Source: Podarcis bocagei (Eukaryota). From it: a stretch of 64,000 bases of DNA. Under the pieces are notes generated by a model. The model saw nothing but the letters and a program-made list of their open reading frames with translations. It was not told the DNA's origin and ran no database searches. Location: the NCBI GenBank assembly GCA_964188305.1, contig OZ076886.1; one strand, written 5' to 3'. Shown here piece by piece: positions 63,196 to 64,000 of the stretch (position 1 is its first letter; each line of letters begins with the position of its first letter). Made by a program: the position numbers and the translations under genes.

Positions 63196-63815
63196 ATGGC
63201 AACTGAACGCAGTGATATCTCCCTAGTAGTGCTGTGCAGGCAGCTAATAAGATCAAGAAAAGGGTCCTGTCTACTGACAGGAAGGTTGTCCCTATCCCAC
63301 GTGCCTCAGCCAAGGGCAAAGACACCTCCTTAGATGGCCCACCCTCGGCGGGGGCTGGACCTAGCAAAAGTGGCCGTCTAGACAAGAAGGTGGCCACTTG
63401 CCACCACTGTTGTGATACTTCAGCACCTTCCTACTCTCCTACCTCATGTGTCCCAGCTAGGGGCAAGGGGATGTACGCCCAGCTAGATGGCCCCTCCTCT
63501 TCAGGCCTGGGGCCTAGCAAGAAAAAACATCCAATCAAGAAGCCAGCCACCAGCCGTCGGAATAGTTTGTCACCTGATGTCTCCCCTGACTGCTGCAGCC
63601 TGGAGGATGGCGCCTCTCAGTCAATCGGGGAAGAAGTTCTCAACTTAAAGCGTATAAATCACCACTTACAGCAGCGTTTGGAAAGGGCAGAGGCCCACTT
63701 AGATAAGTCCCCGCGACATCGCTCTCGCGTAGGTTGGCGTGTGCATACATCACCGATTATGAGTTCTTCCAGCCCCGACTCGCACAGAGTCCACCGCAGG
63801 AAGAAGAGAACATGC
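63196..63815 (+). pseudogene. Truncated ORF1 (gag-like) N-terminus of the YR element
   Basis: ATG at 63196, a frameshift into ORF 63234, internal repeat LDGPxSxGxGPSK, coiled coil EEVLNLKRINHHLQQRLERAE, then SSSS...RRKKR. Residues after ~63815 are read-through into the terminal tract. Confidence 0.5.
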
Positions 63816-64000
63816 AAGTTGTGGCCTAATTTAAACCCATACATTGTTGTCATGTCTCATCTCTTGGGGGTGTGGTGGGCACCGGGGACAGGGGTTAGTG
63901 CATGGGCTCGCAACCACAACATGTTTGGTTCCTTTATGTGAGTTTTTACATATGCATTTAGATATCTCGTTTACCACATTCAGTTTCACATTTTGTAAGT

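Larger units (their letters stand above)
60638..63913 (+). mobile_element. Internally deleted DIRS/Ngaro-like element (leader, gag-like ORF1 start, 3' terminus)
   Basis: TTGCGA...TCGCAA ends. 63816-63913 starts aagttgtggcc and ends cgcaa like 2853-2947. Low-complexity K/S/R-rich ORF with a coiled coil is cut off at the junction. Confidence 0.62.

Noticed and set aside
63234-63941. Intact 235-aa host protein
   Set aside because: Begins at a non-ATG codon after a frameshift and its C-terminus is read-through across a deletion junction into the element's terminal tract

Overview
Vertebrate genomic DNA, almost certainly a squamate and probably a lacertid lizard (inferred from a Sauria SINE, a Squam3-like SINE, BovB, CR1/L2 and lizard-type MITEs). 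It is intronic or intergenic, transposon-rich, and has one 169-N gap. The only intact long ORF is the 1370-aa gag-pol of a young full-length Ty3/Gypsy (Mag-like) LTR retrotransposon at 31212-36163, with 265-bp LTRs differing at 1 site, a GAATG TSD and a tRNA-Ser PBS. Both window ends carry tyrosine-recombinase (DIRS/Ngaro-like) retroelement sequence. At 1-2947 is a decayed 3' half (RNase H, YR, SGNH hydrolase); at 60638-63913 is an internally deleted copy. The most striking observation is that the 3' UTR of the first YR element folds into a ~290-345-nt multi-stem RNA domain, present as two diverged full copies plus one half copy, with compensatory base changes in most helices. Other points of interest are several hAT elements carrying CpG-rich, apparently captured cargo, a minus-strand AG|GTAAGT recursive-splice-like site, and a possible decayed plus-strand exon pair near 59-60.5 kb. 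No host protein-coding gene could be identified with confidence. All structure and alignment work was done by eye.
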